Positions 1-10,142 of a stretch of DNA of 64,000 bases are shown in pieces (position 1 is the stretch's first letter; each line of letters opens with the position of its first letter). Source of the DNA: Candidatus Latescibacterota bacterium (GTDB lineage Bacteria; Latescibacterota; UBA2968; UBA8231). The notes under the pieces are model-generated. The model was not told where the DNA came from and searched no databases. It saw only the letters and a list, made by a program, of their open reading frames with translations. The stretch spans positions 544,001 through 608,000 of the forward strand of contig OZ241362.1 of assembly GCA_965200315.1 (NCBI GenBank). The letters run 5' to 3'. The translations under genes were made by a program, and so were the position numbers.

Positions 1-421
1 ACAAATGCCGCCTGAAGGCGTCGGCCATCTCGGTGTCGGCAACCTGGTCACAGGGCTGTCCCCGCCGCGCTAACATCGCCTGCTGCGAAGCCAAAATCTC
101 GTCCATTTTCCGGAGGGCGAATACGATTTTGTACGGCTTGTGGAGCGGCAATTGGTCGAGCAATTGGGATATGACCTTGACGGCTTTACCCTTCGCCGAT
201 TCGAGCCATACAGTGTCTTTTGCTAGCTGCTTGACTTTCTCGAACTCGTAATATCCCCCGGGATTATCGGCGTCGGCCTCGCGGATACCGTCTGTTAAGA
301 GCGGCAATCCGCCCGCAGCCAACATCTTCATCAGCATCGAGGTGCCAGAACGGGGGAGGCCGGACACAATAGTTATGTACTCGTCCGGCTTATGTGGAAG
401 TGAGATGGGATGAGAATGCAA
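1..421 (-). CDS. Sulfotransferase-family (P-loop) protein, 3' end runs off the window
   Basis: Manual translation of the minus strand gives [47 protein letters not shown], a 5'-PSB-type motif. The TTG start at 421 is tentative. Confidence 0.8.
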   Translation of the reverse strand, partial: [140 protein letters not shown]

Positions 422-500
422 AACGGAAAAAACCGACACACGCTTCCAAAGCATAGCTCCGGAAGCGTGTGTCGTATCATGTGCTGCATGTATGAATCAA

Positions 501-3500
501 TTAAAAGACCATACGCCCACGCAACAGGAGGCCGTGTCCAGCGGGACCGGCCATGCGTTGCCAGCGCGTACTCTCAAGGCTCACTGACATCGACGAATCA
601 ACCTCAAGGCGCGTACCTAAGCGCAACTGCATTCGCTCAGGCGCTTGAGTCATTCCGCTGTACACGGTGTACACTCCCCGACCGCCAAGTGCGGCTAAAC
701 CGTAGCCGACCTCGGCTCTGAGCTGGCCTTGCGCGTTCACAGCACCTCGGTCCGCTATCTCGGCTACGCTGCGCTCCCACAGCGTCAGGCTGTTCGCCTG
801 CGTACCGTAGGTCGGCATCACCCGCAATGACAACCCTCGACCACCGGTGGCAGCCGAGCGCTGGAGCAACAGATGTGCGCCCCATTCTTGGTACTCGACC
901 TCGTCGTCACCGTCACTTACCAGACTCCGCGCCATAGCTTCCAGCGTGAAGCCACCCCCCTCATAGCGCAGGCCACCGCCAACTTCTACGCCAGCCCCGG
1001 TCTGTCCGTCGCCACCATCTTGGCGCAGAGCGACCTCTAGCTGGGGTGTCACCTGCCCATCCATACCTGCTTCGTAAGCATGGGAGGCTTTGAGTGCAAG
1101 CCTCAAGCGGTTAGCATTCACCGTCTGCTCGGCGATCCGGTTTCCTTTTCCATTCTCGACTTCTCCACCCTCGACTTCGACCCGTGCTACAGTAGCCGCA
1201 GCCTTGATCCGCAACTGAGTCGGCCCGCTGGCGAGCAAGTCGCCACTGGCCCCTACACCTGCAGTCCGCAGCGATGTATCGCTGGACTGCAGGCCTATGG
1301 TTCCCTGTTGGTCGTCAATTTCGATGTCTCCGCGCCCTAAGCCCGCCGTCAACCACACCCCAAGCCGCCCTGGTGAGAACCCGACGTAAGGATGCAGGCT
1401 CAGCATGCGGGGCGTATAAGTACCGTCGACTCGCTCTTCGCCGAGCAACGGGGCGGTGTAATCGAACGATCCTTGGGCCCAAGATAGCGCCAAACCGGTT
1501 AGCACCTCGGCACCTGGCCGGGCATCCAAACCAATCTGAGCACGGGTTAGGTTGCCCTCCCAATCAAGCGAACCGTCGTCGCTAGACATTTGGCCGTAGT
1601 CTCCCCGGCCCCAGAATGTAGGACTACCGGGACAAAGAATACATCCTCTACCAAAACCGAACGGCGTTGCAAAAGAAGAGCCATTCATAACCTGTGCTAG
1701 ATTGACCGGACGATTCTCGAATATCCGGCCGGATTGAATCATGTCGTGGATGGTAGACTCGGCGGCGAAGCGGAAAGACCTATTCTCGTCGCCAACTCTA
1801 TCCATCTGCTCAAGGCGATCTTCGATGGCGCGATTCGTTCCATCGGCAATAGCCAATGCGTATTTGGACAAGATCTGTTCGTTGAGTTCCGCAAAACGGT
1901 CCGTAGCCGATTCTTCCACTCGAACCTCGAAGCTGAGGATAGCTGCGTCCTCGGCAGTCATATTGTCGTCGAAGTCGTGGGCCGTATATGTCAAGGTATA
2001 GATTCCGACCTCTGCCGGCGTACCCGAAAGCGTCGGCGACATCGGGTTGGGGTCAAACGTCAGCCCCGGCGGCACGTTGTCTAGGGTATACGTCAACTCG
2101 CCGAAATCGACCTCGCCATCCGGATTTAGCGAGAGTAAGTTGCCGCCCGAAGCCAAGGGCAACACCAAGTCTTCAATCGCCTCACCTTCTATGTACGTCT
2201 GGTTGGCCACATCCCCGCTAAAGCTGGGCGCACCATCTACCGTTATGTGAAAGGTCAACTCAGCCGAATCGCCATCGATATCCTCCACTTGGTAGACCAA
2301 GCGATACACGCCAGTGTGCGTCGGCGTACCCGAAAGCGTCCGAGACGCCGCGTCGAAGCTCAGACCCGGCACATTCATATCTAAACTATACGTCAAGTCG
2401 CCGTTGCCGCCCGAAGCCGCTGGGAATTCCCACGAGTCCATCGCCTCATTCTGACGCAAGATTCGATCCTCAATGGTCGCGTCAAAGAAGGTAGGTGTAC
2501 CATCGACTGTCAGGAAGAAGCTCAACTCAGCCGAATCGCCATCTTCATCTTCCACCCGATACGTCAACTCATAGCCCTCGGCAGGATGCGACACATGAAG
2601 CTCCGGCGTTCCCGAAATCGTCCGAGCCGTGGAGTCAAACGCCAGACCCGGCGGCAAATTCTCCTCATTCAAGCTATACGTCAAGTCGCCGTTGCCGCCC
2701 AAAGCCGCAGGCAACTCCAACGGGGCCATCTCCTCCCCTTCAGGAGCCCTCTGATTCGTAATAGATCCCTCAAAGAAGGGCATACCATTCACAGCAATCG
2801 TGAAGGTCAACGGGTCCGGCTCTTCGCCATCGACATCCGCCACCCGATACGTCAACCCATACCCTTCGGGAGAATACGACACATTAGGCGACAACTCACC
2901 CGAAATCGTCCGAGACGTGGGATTAAACGCCAGCCCCGGCGGCAACTCCCCATCCAAGAAATACGTCAACGCCACATTCCCGCCGACCGCTTCCGGCAAC
3001 TCCAAGTTCAAAGCCTCGCCCGCCGTGTACTGCTGGTCTTCTACGACCTGATCGCCGAAGCTAGGTATGCCATTCACCGCAATAGTGAAGCGCAACGTCA
3101 CCGTATCGCCATCCACATCCGCCACCCGATACGTCAGCACATACCCCTCGGCAACGTACAAGTAATCGGCCGGCAGCGTACCTGAAATCGTCGGAGAATT
3201 CGGGTCGCCATCAAACGCCAGCCCCGGCGGCAACGCCCCCTCCAAGGTATACGTCAACGCGCCATTCCCACCGACCGCCACCGGCAGACCTAAGCTCACC
3301 GCCTCGCCCGCCGGGTATAGCTGGTCGTCCACGACCTGAGCATGGAAGCTGGGCATACCATGTACCACGATCGTGAATTCCAAAGCCTCGGGCGCATCCC
3401 CATCCTGATCCATCACCCGATACGTCACCACATACCCCTCGCTCTCAGCAGCATACGTCGCATCTGCCGACAACGTACCCGAAATCGTCCGAGAAGCCCC

Positions 3501-6500
3501 ATCATAGATCAGCCCCTCCGGCAACGCCCCAGCCAACTCATACGTCACAGCACCATTGCCACCCGAAGCCGACGGCAACACCCAAGGATCTATCGTCTGC
3601 CCTTCGGCAAAGGTGACTTGACTCGACACCGTTTCGTCGAAGCGGGGCATACCATCCACCCGAATCGTGAAGGTCAACGGGTCCGGCTCTTCGCCATCGA
3701 CATCCGCCACCCGATACGTCAGCGCATACCCGTCAAAGGTATACCACGTATCCGCCGGCGGCGTTCCCGAAACCGTCCGAGTCCCCGGATCAAACGACAG
3801 ACCCGCAGGCAACGCTCCATCCAAGCGATACGTCCTCGACACATTCCCACCTTCCGCCACCGGCAACTCCAAGCTCAAAGCCTCGCCCGCCGTATATAGC
3901 TGATCTTCCTGCTCCCGGACGAAGCTGGGGATGCCATTCACCCGAATCGAGAAGCGCAACGTCGCCGTATCGCCATCCACATCCGCCACCCGATACGTCA
4001 ACCCATAGAACTCAGCATACGTCACATCCGTCGGCGGCGTTCCCGAAACCGTCCGAGCCACGCCATCAAACGCCAGCCCCGGCGGCAACGCCCCCTCCAA
4101 GGTATACGTCAACGCGCCATTCCCACCGACCGCCACCGGCAGACCTAAGCTCACCGCCTCGCCCGCCGGGTATAGCTGGTCGTCCACGACCTGAGCATGG
4201 AAGCTGGGCATACCATGTACCACGATCGTGAATTCCAAAGCCTCGGGCGCATCCCCATCCTGATCCATCACCCGATACGTCACCACATACCCCTCGCTCT
4301 CAGCAGCATACGTCGCATCTGCCGACAACGTACCCGAAATCGTCCGAGAAGCCCCATCATAGATCAGCCCCTCCGGCAACGCCCCAGCCAACTCATACGT
4401 CACAGCACCATTGCCACCCGAAGCCGACGGCAACACCCAAGGATCTATCGTCTGCCCTTCGGCAAAGGTGACTTGACTCGACACCGTTTCGTCGAAGCGG
4501 GGCATACCATCCACCCGAATCGTGAAGGTCAACGGGTCCGGCTCTTCGCCATCGACATCCGCCACCCGATACGTCAGCGCATACCCGTCAAAGGTATACC
4601 ACGTATCCGCCGGCGGCGTTCCCGAAACCGTCCGAGTCCCCGGATCAAACGACAGCCCCGCAGGCAACGCTCCATCCAAGCGATACGTCCTCGACACATT
4701 CCCACCTTCCGCCACCGGCAACTCCAAGCTCAAAGCCTCGCCCGCCGTATATAGCTGATCTTCCTGCTCCCGGACGAAGCTGGGGATGCCATTCACCCGA
4801 ATCGAGAAGCGCAACGTCGCCGTATCGCCATCCACATCCGCCACCCGATACGTCAACCCATAGAACTCAGCATACGTCACATCCGTCGGCGGCGTTCCCG
4901 AAACCGTCCGAGCCACGCCATCAAACGCCAGCCCCGGCGGCAACGCCCCCTCCAAGGTATACGTCAACGCGCCATTCCCACCGACCGCCACCGGCAGACC
5001 TAAGCTCACCGCCTCGCCCGCCGGGTATAGCTGGTCGTCCACGACCTGAGCATGGAAGCTGGGCATACCATGTACCACGATCGTGAATTCCAAAGCCTCG
5101 GGCGCATCCCCATCCTGATCCATCACCCGATACGTCACCACATACCCCTCGCTCTCAGCAGCATACGTCGCATCTGCCGACAACGTACCCGAAATCGTCC
5201 GAGAAGCCCCATCATAGATCAGCCCCTCCGGCAACGCCCCAGCCAACTCATACGTCACAGCACCATTGCCACCCGAAGCCGACGGCAACACCCAAGGATC
5301 TATCGTCTGCCCTTCGGCAAAGGTGACTTGACTCGACACCGTTTCGTCGAAGCGGGGCATACCATCCACCCGAATCGTGAAGGTCAACGGGTCCGGCTCT
5401 TCGCCATCGACATCCGCCACCCGATACGTCAGCGCATACCCGTCAAAGGTATACCACGTATCCGCCGGCGGCGTTCCCGAAACCGTCCGAGTCCCCGGAT
5501 CAAACGACAGCCCCGCAGGCAACGCTCCATCCAAGCGATACGTCCTCGACACATTCCCACCTTCCGCCACCGGCAACTCCAAGCTCAAAGCCTCGCCCGC
5601 CGTATATAGCTGATCTTCCTGCTCCCGGACGAAGCTGGGGATGCCATTCACCCGAATCGAGAAGCGCAACGTCGCCGTATCGCCATCCACATCCGCCACC
5701 CGATACGTCAACCCATAGAACTCAGCATACGTCACATCCGTCGGCGGCGTTCCCGAAACCGTCCGAGCCACGCCATCAAACGCCAGCCCCGGCGGCAACG
5801 CCCCCTCCAAGGTATATGTCAACGCTACATTCCCACCTTCCGCCACCGGCAACTCTAAGCTCACCGCCTCGCCCGCCGGGTATAGCTGATCTTCCTGCTC
5901 CCGGACGAAGCTGGGCATACCAGCCACCACAACCGTGAAGGTCAACTCAGCCGAATCGCCATCGGAATCCTCCGCCCGATACGTGAACGGATATGACTCG
6001 TCATACAACACATCAGCCGGCGGCGTTCCCGAAATCGTCCGAGTCCCCGGATCAAACGACAGACCGTCGGGCAATTCCCCGATCAAGCTATATGTCAGAG
6101 GGTCGGTGGACCGACCTACTGGCAACTCCCAAGGCTGTTTTATCTCTTCGCCTGCCGTAAAGGTTGTTTGACGCGCAGCGACCGCCGCGAAGGTCAACTC
6201 TACATAGACCGTAAAGGTCAATTCCTCGGCGTCGCTCTCCTCCATATTGGTATCGGAATCTTCCACCCGGTAGGTCATCTCATACGTCCCGGCTATGGTC
6301 GGCGTACCCGAAAGCGTACGAGCCTCGGCATCAAACACCAGACCCGCAGGCAACGCCCCGATCAAGCTAGATGACATAGATGACAAGCTATATCTCGGAG
6401 GTTCCTCATACTCTCCCACCGAAGCCGGAGGCAATTCCAGAACTCCTATATCTTCGCCTGTTTGGTACGACTGATCAGCAACCGTCGCCCCCTCAAAGCT

Positions 6501-7181
6501 CGGCCTCGAGTCGACTTCTACCTCAAATGTCAACGTAGCTGTATCGCCATCGGCATCAGTCACTTCGTAAGTCATCAAGGAAATAGCCACTTCCGAAGGC
6601 GTACCCGAAAGAGTCCGAGTCGCGGCATCGAATGTCAAGCCAGGCGGCAAGGGCCTTAGATCATACGTCAAATCGCCGTTACCACTCGAAGCCACAGGCA
6701 ACTCCAAAGCCTCTATCGCCACCCCGACCGAGAACATCTGATCGGCAACCATCGCATCGCCAAAGCTCGGAACTACATCCTCCTCCTCTACTGAAATATT
6801 GAATGTCAAAGTGGCCGTAGCACCATCGGCATCAGTCACTTCGTAGATCATCGAGTAAAAAATCTTTTCCGGGAAGGTGACAACATCCGAAGGCGTACCC
6901 GAAAGCGTCCGAGTCGCGGCCTCAAATTCCAAACCCAGTGGCAAGGGGCTTAGAGCATACGTCAAATCGCCGTTACCACCCGAAGCCGCAGGCAACTCCA
7001 AAGCCTCTATCGCCACCCCGACCTCGTACATCTGGTTGGCAACCGTCGCCCCCTCAAAGCTCGGCGCATCCTGGGCTTCAGCCGCCGGAGCCGATATCAA
7101 AGTGGCCGCCAAGAAGAGCATACTCAGGCAGAACAGCGATCTATTCCAAACGAGTTTGTTACTAACTACACAACCGCTCAT
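501..7181 (-). CDS. Giant surface adhesin/autotransporter: signal peptide, many putative Ig (He_PIG-like) repeats and a C-terminal autotransporter beta-barrel
   Basis: Repeated units of about 90-100 aa (LP.A.GG.G.LTY.L...LP.GL.FD...RT.SGTP), an N-terminal hydrophobic signal, and a barrel-like C-terminus ending in F. ATG 7181 has a GGAGG RBS. Confidence 0.88.
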   Translation of the reverse strand: MSGCVVSNKLVWNRSLFCLSMLFLAATLISAPAAEAQDAPSFEGATVANQMYEVGVAIEALELPAASGGNGDLTYALSPLPLGLEFEAATRTLSGTPSDVVTFPEKIFYSMIYEVTDADGATATLTFNISVEEEDVVPSFGDAMVADQMFSVGVAIEALELPVASSGNGDLTYDLRPLPPGLTFDAATRTLSGTPSEVAISLMTYEVTDADGDTATLTFEVEVDSRPSFEGATVADQSYQTGEDIGVLELPPASVGEYEEPPRYSLSSMSSSLIGALPAGLVFDAEARTLSGTPTIAGTYEMTYRVEDSDTNMEESDAEELTFTVYVELTFAAVAARQTTFTAGEEIKQPWELPVGRSTDPLTYSLIGELPDGLSFDPGTRTISGTPPADVLYDESYPFTYRAEDSDGDSAELTFTVVVAGMPSFVREQEDQLYPAGEAVSLELPVAEGGNVALTYTLEGALPPGLAFDGVARTVSGTPPTDVTYAEFYGLTYRVADVDGDTATLRFSIRVNGIPSFVREQEDQLYTAGEALSLELPVAEGGNVSRTYRLDGALPAGLSFDPGTRTVSGTPPADTWYTFDGYALTYRVADVDGEEPDPLTFTIRVDGMPRFDETVSSQVTFAEGQTIDPWVLPSASGGNGAVTYELAGALPEGLIYDGASRTISGTLSADATYAAESEGYVVTYRVMDQDGDAPEALEFTIVVHGMPSFHAQVVDDQLYPAGEAVSLGLPVAVGGNGALTYTLEGALPPGLAFDGVARTVSGTPPTDVTYAEFYGLTYRVADVDGDTATLRFSIRVNGIPSFVREQEDQLYTAGEALSLELPVAEGGNVSRTYRLDGALPAGLSFDPGTRTVSGTPPADTWYTFDGYALTYRVADVDGEEPDPLTFTIRVDGMPRFDETVSSQVTFAEGQTIDPWVLPSASGGNGAVTYELAGALPEGLIYDGASRTISGTLSADATYAAESEGYVVTYRVMDQDGDAPEALEFTIVVHGMPSFHAQVVDDQLYPAGEAVSLGLPVAVGGNGALTYTLEGALPPGLAFDGVARTVSGTPPTDVTYAEFYGLTYRVADVDGDTATLRFSIRVNGIPSFVREQEDQLYTAGEALSLELPVAEGGNVSRTYRLDGALPAGLSFDPGTRTVSGTPPADTWYTFDGYALTYRVADVDGEEPDPLTFTIRVDGMPRFDETVSSQVTFAEGQTIDPWVLPSASGGNGAVTYELAGALPEGLIYDGASRTISGTLSADATYAAESEGYVVTYRVMDQDGDAPEALEFTIVVHGMPSFHAQVVDDQLYPAGEAVSLGLPVAVGGNGALTYTLEGALPPGLAFDGDPNSPTISGTLPADYLYVAEGYVLTYRVADVDGDTVTLRFTIAVNGIPSFGDQVVEDQQYTAGEALNLELPEAVGGNVALTYFLDGELPPGLAFNPTSRTISGELSPNVSYSPEGYGLTYRVADVDGEEPDPLTFTIAVNGMPFFEGSITNQRAPEGEEMAPLELPAALGGNGDLTYSLNEENLPPGLAFDSTARTISGTPELHVSHPAEGYELTYRVEDEDGDSAELSFFLTVDGTPTFFDATIEDRILRQNEAMDSWEFPAASGGNGDLTYSLDMNVPGLSFDAASRTLSGTPTHTGVYRLVYQVEDIDGDSAELTFHITVDGAPSFSGDVANQTYIEGEAIEDLVLPLASGGNLLSLNPDGEVDFGELTYTLDNVPPGLTFDPNPMSPTLSGTPAEVGIYTLTYTAHDFDDNMTAEDAAILSFEVRVEESATDRFAELNEQILSKYALAIADGTNRAIEDRLEQMDRVGDENRSFRFAAESTIHDMIQSGRIFENRPVNLAQVMNGSSFATPFGFGRGCILCPGSPTFWGRGDYGQMSSDDGSLDWEGNLTRAQIGLDARPGAEVLTGLALSWAQGSFDYTAPLLGEERVDGTYTPRMLSLHPYVGFSPGRLGVWLTAGLGRGDIEIDDQQGTIGLQSSDTSLRTAGVGASGDLLASGPTQLRIKAAATVARVEVEGGEVENGKGNRIAEQTVNANRLRLALKASHAYEAGMDGQVTPQLEVALRQDGGDGQTGAGVEVGGGLRYEGGGFTLEAMARSLVSDGDDEVEYQEWGAHLLLQRSAATGGRGLSLRVMPTYGTQANSLTLWERSVAEIADRGAVNAQGQLRAEVGYGLAALGGRGVYTVYSGMTQAPERMQLRLGTRLEVDSSMSVSLESTRWQRMAGPAGHGLLLRGRMVF
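3208..5817. repeat. About three near-identical 855-bp (285-aa, three-Ig-domain) tandem repeats inside the adhesin gene
   Basis: Identical shadow ORFs at 3342, 4197 and 5052 (period 855). I noticed only one substitution, near 3801. Confidence 0.95.
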
Positions 7182-7458
7182 AATTGACCCTCCAATGAGA
7201 GATTTAAGTTTTAAGAGTTGTAGCGCAACTTTTTGCGCCTTAGACCGCCGCCTCGCCGCTCTAAGGCCACAACCACCCACTCATACTCATGGTTCCTCTC
7301 CCTTAGCGACCCTTACAACTAATAGCTGAAGATCGTGTAGAGAAGCCCGAGATCATTATCATTTCATGTACTCAATACAAAATACGCATCTAATATCTAA
7401 GATGCAAGAGGTAGTTTCTAAACTTTAATGGCCCATCAACACCTAGCACGTAGAAAGA

Positions 7459-7932
7459 TCAAGGTCTGGCAAAAAGAGGAATATCTTGACGCAACTCGGC
7501 TTCCAACCTAGAGTGGCAAGAAGGGCAAACCGAAATCAGATGTTCCAGCTTATTGGCCTCTATATTGGAAGAGAAACTGCGGTAGGGAATCTTGTGATGT
7601 ACGTCGAGCTGACGCCCTAGTTCCTCTTCGCTGACTCCGCATATCTGGCAGATGAAGCCATCGCGCGTCCGCGCCTTTAGCGCTTGAGGTTCCCAATTGG
7701 CCCCCCGCCGTTTGGAAGTTCCCCCTAAGCAAACCTCTAAAGAGGGCATAGCCTCTGTCCAAGCACGGCGGCAGGACACGTCGCAAAAGTGCAACTGCGC
7801 TTGACCCGCATACCAAGTCGGCACCTCAATCTCTAGCCGACAGTGCGCACAGCGCGTAGCGATCTGCGCACTGTCGCCAGCAGGGCATCGTTCGCCAAAA
7901 TTAAATCCCATCTGAGCACTAGAAGAAACCAT
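7459..7932 (-). CDS. HNH endonuclease with N-terminal Cys (zinc-finger-like) motif
   Basis: RDGFICQICG...LDVHHKIPY...LISVCPSCH; N-terminal CAHC...FCDVSC. Confidence 0.8.
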   Translation of the reverse strand: MVSSSAQMGFNFGERCPAGDSAQIATRCAHCRLEIEVPTWYAGQAQLHFCDVSCRRAWTEAMPSLEVCLGGTSKRRGANWEPQALKARTRDGFICQICGVSEEELGRQLDVHHKIPYRSFSSNIEANKLEHLISVCPSCHSRLEAELRQDIPLFARP

Positions 7933-8065
7933 GATAAAATCACAGGGCTAATTTTATGCGGGCTCCAATTCGTTCTGGCCTTCGCTAGCCTCTTTTTGAA
8001 GACTCGCCTTGCCCCTTCTCCCCACTTCCTATACATTTAAAGGTCAATGTTGAAGGAGAGCAAAG

Positions 8066-8320
8066 TTGCCTAAACTAAAGTCTGCCAAGAAGCACCAAAT
8101 CACTAGTGCCAAAGCCTACGTACGCAACCGCGCACTCCGCTCTCGGATGCGTACAGCCCTCAGAAAAGTCCGCCAAGCCTCGGATAAAGCTTCGGCTGAG
8201 ACCGCTCTGCAAGCGGCGATCTCGACCATCGACAGGACTACCAACAAGGGCATTATCCATAAAAATGCCGCCGCCCGCTACAAGTCGCGGTTGAGCCGTC
8301 TCGTGCAGACGATGGCCTGA
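8066..8320 (+). CDS. rpsT: 30S ribosomal protein S20
   Basis: KSAKK...RNRALRSRMRT...KGIIHKNAAARYKSRL. Confidence 0.97.
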   Translation: MPKLKSAKKHQITSAKAYVRNRALRSRMRTALRKVRQASDKASAETALQAAISTIDRTTNKGIIHKNAAARYKSRLSRLVQTMA

Positions 8321-8327
8321 TGGTCCC

Positions 8328-9245
8328 TCATTCAAAGGCGCGAGTACTCAAGTAACGCAATCCGCTGTCGCAGAGGATCGTCACGACCCGAGCATTTCCG
8401 CCCATCTCGCGAGCAACTTGGGCGGCGATATAGGCGTTGGCCCCTGCTGAAATCCCCACCAAGATCCCTTCCTCTCGCGCCAAGCGGCGGGCCATTTCAT
8501 ACGCGTCATCGTCGGCAATGACCCGCACCTCGTCGATAACCTCGCGGTTGAGAATTGGTGGTACAAAACCCGCGCCAATACCCTCTATATAACTGAATCC
8601 AGCCCTCCCTCCCGAAAGCACGGGCGATCCGGCAGGCTCGACGGCGACGATTCGCACTGTGGATAGAGTCTCCTTGAGCACCTCGCCGACTCCTGTCAAC
8701 GACCCTCCAGTACCCACACCAGCCACAAAGGCATCGATTCTTCCGTCTAGCTGTTCTAGGATCTCACGACCGGTCGTGCGGCGGTGTATCTCGGGGTTTG
8801 CTGCATTCATAAACTGCTGTGGCAAAAAGTAATCTGGATGCTCCCGCTTGAGTTCAAGCGCTTTGTCGATAGCGCCGCGCATGCCCTCAGCCGCTGGCGT
8901 CAACACAACTTCGGCACCGTACGCCTGCATCTGCAAGCGGCGCTCACGGCTAGCCGTGTCGAACATGGTGACGATGAGCTTGTAGCCCTTGTAGGCAGCC
9001 ACCATGGCCAAGCCAATGCCGGTATTGCCGCTAGTGGGCTCAATGATCGTGCCGCCCTTGGCCAGCAGTCCCTGCTCTTCGGCAGTTTCGATCATCGCCA
9101 AAGCGATGCGGTCCTTGACGCTACCGCCCGGATTGGTCGCCTCCAACTTGCCCCACACCTCGGCCACATCCTCCCCGACGACTCGGCTGAGGCGGACCAT
9201 AGGCGTAGCCCCGATTAACTCCAGCACATTGTGGGCGCGTTTCAT
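8328..9245 (-). CDS. cysK: Cysteine synthase A (PLP-dependent)
   Basis: NPGGSVKDR, EPTSGNTG, GVGTGG motifs. Confidence 0.93.
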   Translation of the reverse strand: MKRAHNVLELIGATPMVRLSRVVGEDVAEVWGKLEATNPGGSVKDRIALAMIETAEEQGLLAKGGTIIEPTSGNTGIGLAMVAAYKGYKLIVTMFDTASRERRLQMQAYGAEVVLTPAAEGMRGAIDKALELKREHPDYFLPQQFMNAANPEIHRRTTGREILEQLDGRIDAFVAGVGTGGSLTGVGEVLKETLSTVRIVAVEPAGSPVLSGGRAGFSYIEGIGAGFVPPILNREVIDEVRVIADDDAYEMARRLAREEGILVGISAGANAYIAAQVAREMGGNARVVTILCDSGLRYLSTRAFE

Positions 9246-9285
9246 CCTGTACCAAACCTAACGCCAGCCGCCTGTATGGTAGCCC

Positions 9286-9576
9286 TCAACTGCCGCCAGC
9301 AATGGCCGGAACGATAGAGACGCTGTCACCGTCGTTGAGAGGCGTGTCCTTGCCGTCGAGGAAGCGAATATCTTCGTCGTTGACGAAGATATTGACGTAG
9401 CGGCGGATCTCGCCCCCCTCGTCGAGCAGTTTATCAGCCAACCCCTCGTAGGAGCTATCGAGACCATCTACCAACTCGCTAATAGTCCCCGCCTCCAACT
9501 CGACCTCGGCTTGATTGTGGGTCAATTTCCGCAACGGCGTGGGAATATGAACAGTAACCGGCATTTCATCCTCCAT
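9286..9576 (-). CDS. MoaD/CysO-family ubiquitin-like sulfur carrier
   Basis: VHIPTPLR...RRYVNIFVNDEDIR...IVPAIAGGS. Confidence 0.9.
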   Translation of the reverse strand: MEDEMPVTVHIPTPLRKLTHNQAEVELEAGTISELVDGLDSSYEGLADKLLDEGGEIRRYVNIFVNDEDIRFLDGKDTPLNDGDSVSIVPAIAGGS

Positions 9577-9635
9577 GTGGTTAATTTAAGCGGCCCTGTC
9601 GCCCGCATTCTATATCCTATAACTATCAGGCTTTA

Positions 9636-10130
9636 CTAAACTATTTCAACACTCATTTCGGCGTGGCGGCTGCCGTCCCAAGCAAAACATTTGTAGCCCT
9701 GCACTTTCTGCTGGCTGCCCGTCTCCTCGCTACATACGGAGAGCACCAGATACATCGCATCCGGGTCGTCTGGGTCGTCTCCTGCCGCTCGGCTGTTGAA
9801 TATCCAAGTGCGCCTCTCGTCTTCGGCCGAGAAATAGGCCGCGCAATCAATGTGGGAATGGTAGCAACCCGAGACCCGACCACCGGCTTTTTCAGCCGCC
9901 TCTGCAATGCGCAACTGTTCGCCTGCATCAATCAGATAAGCCGTGCTTGCATCGCGGGGATAGTGCTCGGGGTCCTCTTCATGCCGCTGCTGCTGTATGT
10001 TAGTACAAGCATGGGCAGCAGATACCCCACCCGGTGGCTTCCCGACCAACAAACCGCAACACTCGTGTGGGTACTCGGCCAAGGCTTGGGCGCAAATCTG
10101 ATCAAAGTCCCTGCGGGCAATGCGCAGCAT
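9636..10130 (-). CDS. Mec/JAB (M67) metallopeptidase
   Basis: YPHECCG and YHSH..C.AYFS..D JAMM motif. Confidence 0.9.
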   Translation of the reverse strand: MLRIARRDFDQICAQALAEYPHECCGLLVGKPPGGVSAAHACTNIQQQRHEEDPEHYPRDASTAYLIDAGEQLRIAEAAEKAGGRVSGCYHSHIDCAAYFSAEDERRTWIFNSRAAGDDPDDPDAMYLVLSVCSEETGSQQKVQGYKCFAWDGSRHAEMSVEIV

Positions 10131-10142
10131 TCAGCCATTCCT

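Noticed and set aside
3208-5817. DGR template/variable repeat pair
   Set aside because: The repeats are near-identical with no adenine-specific variation, and no reverse transcriptase is present.
1080-7329. Repeated plus-strand ORFs (185 aa, 78 aa and others)
   Set aside because: Antisense shadows of the adhesin gene and its tandem repeats.
7459-7932. HNH protein as IscB/Cas9-like or mobile nuclease
   Set aside because: Only 157 aa, with no RuvC or PLMP motifs and no visible element ends.
9286-10130. Ubiquitin-like plus JAB pair as a CBASS/Bil-type defence module
   Set aside because: No E1/E2 or cyclase gene; flanked by two cysteine synthases, which fits sulfur-carrier metabolism.
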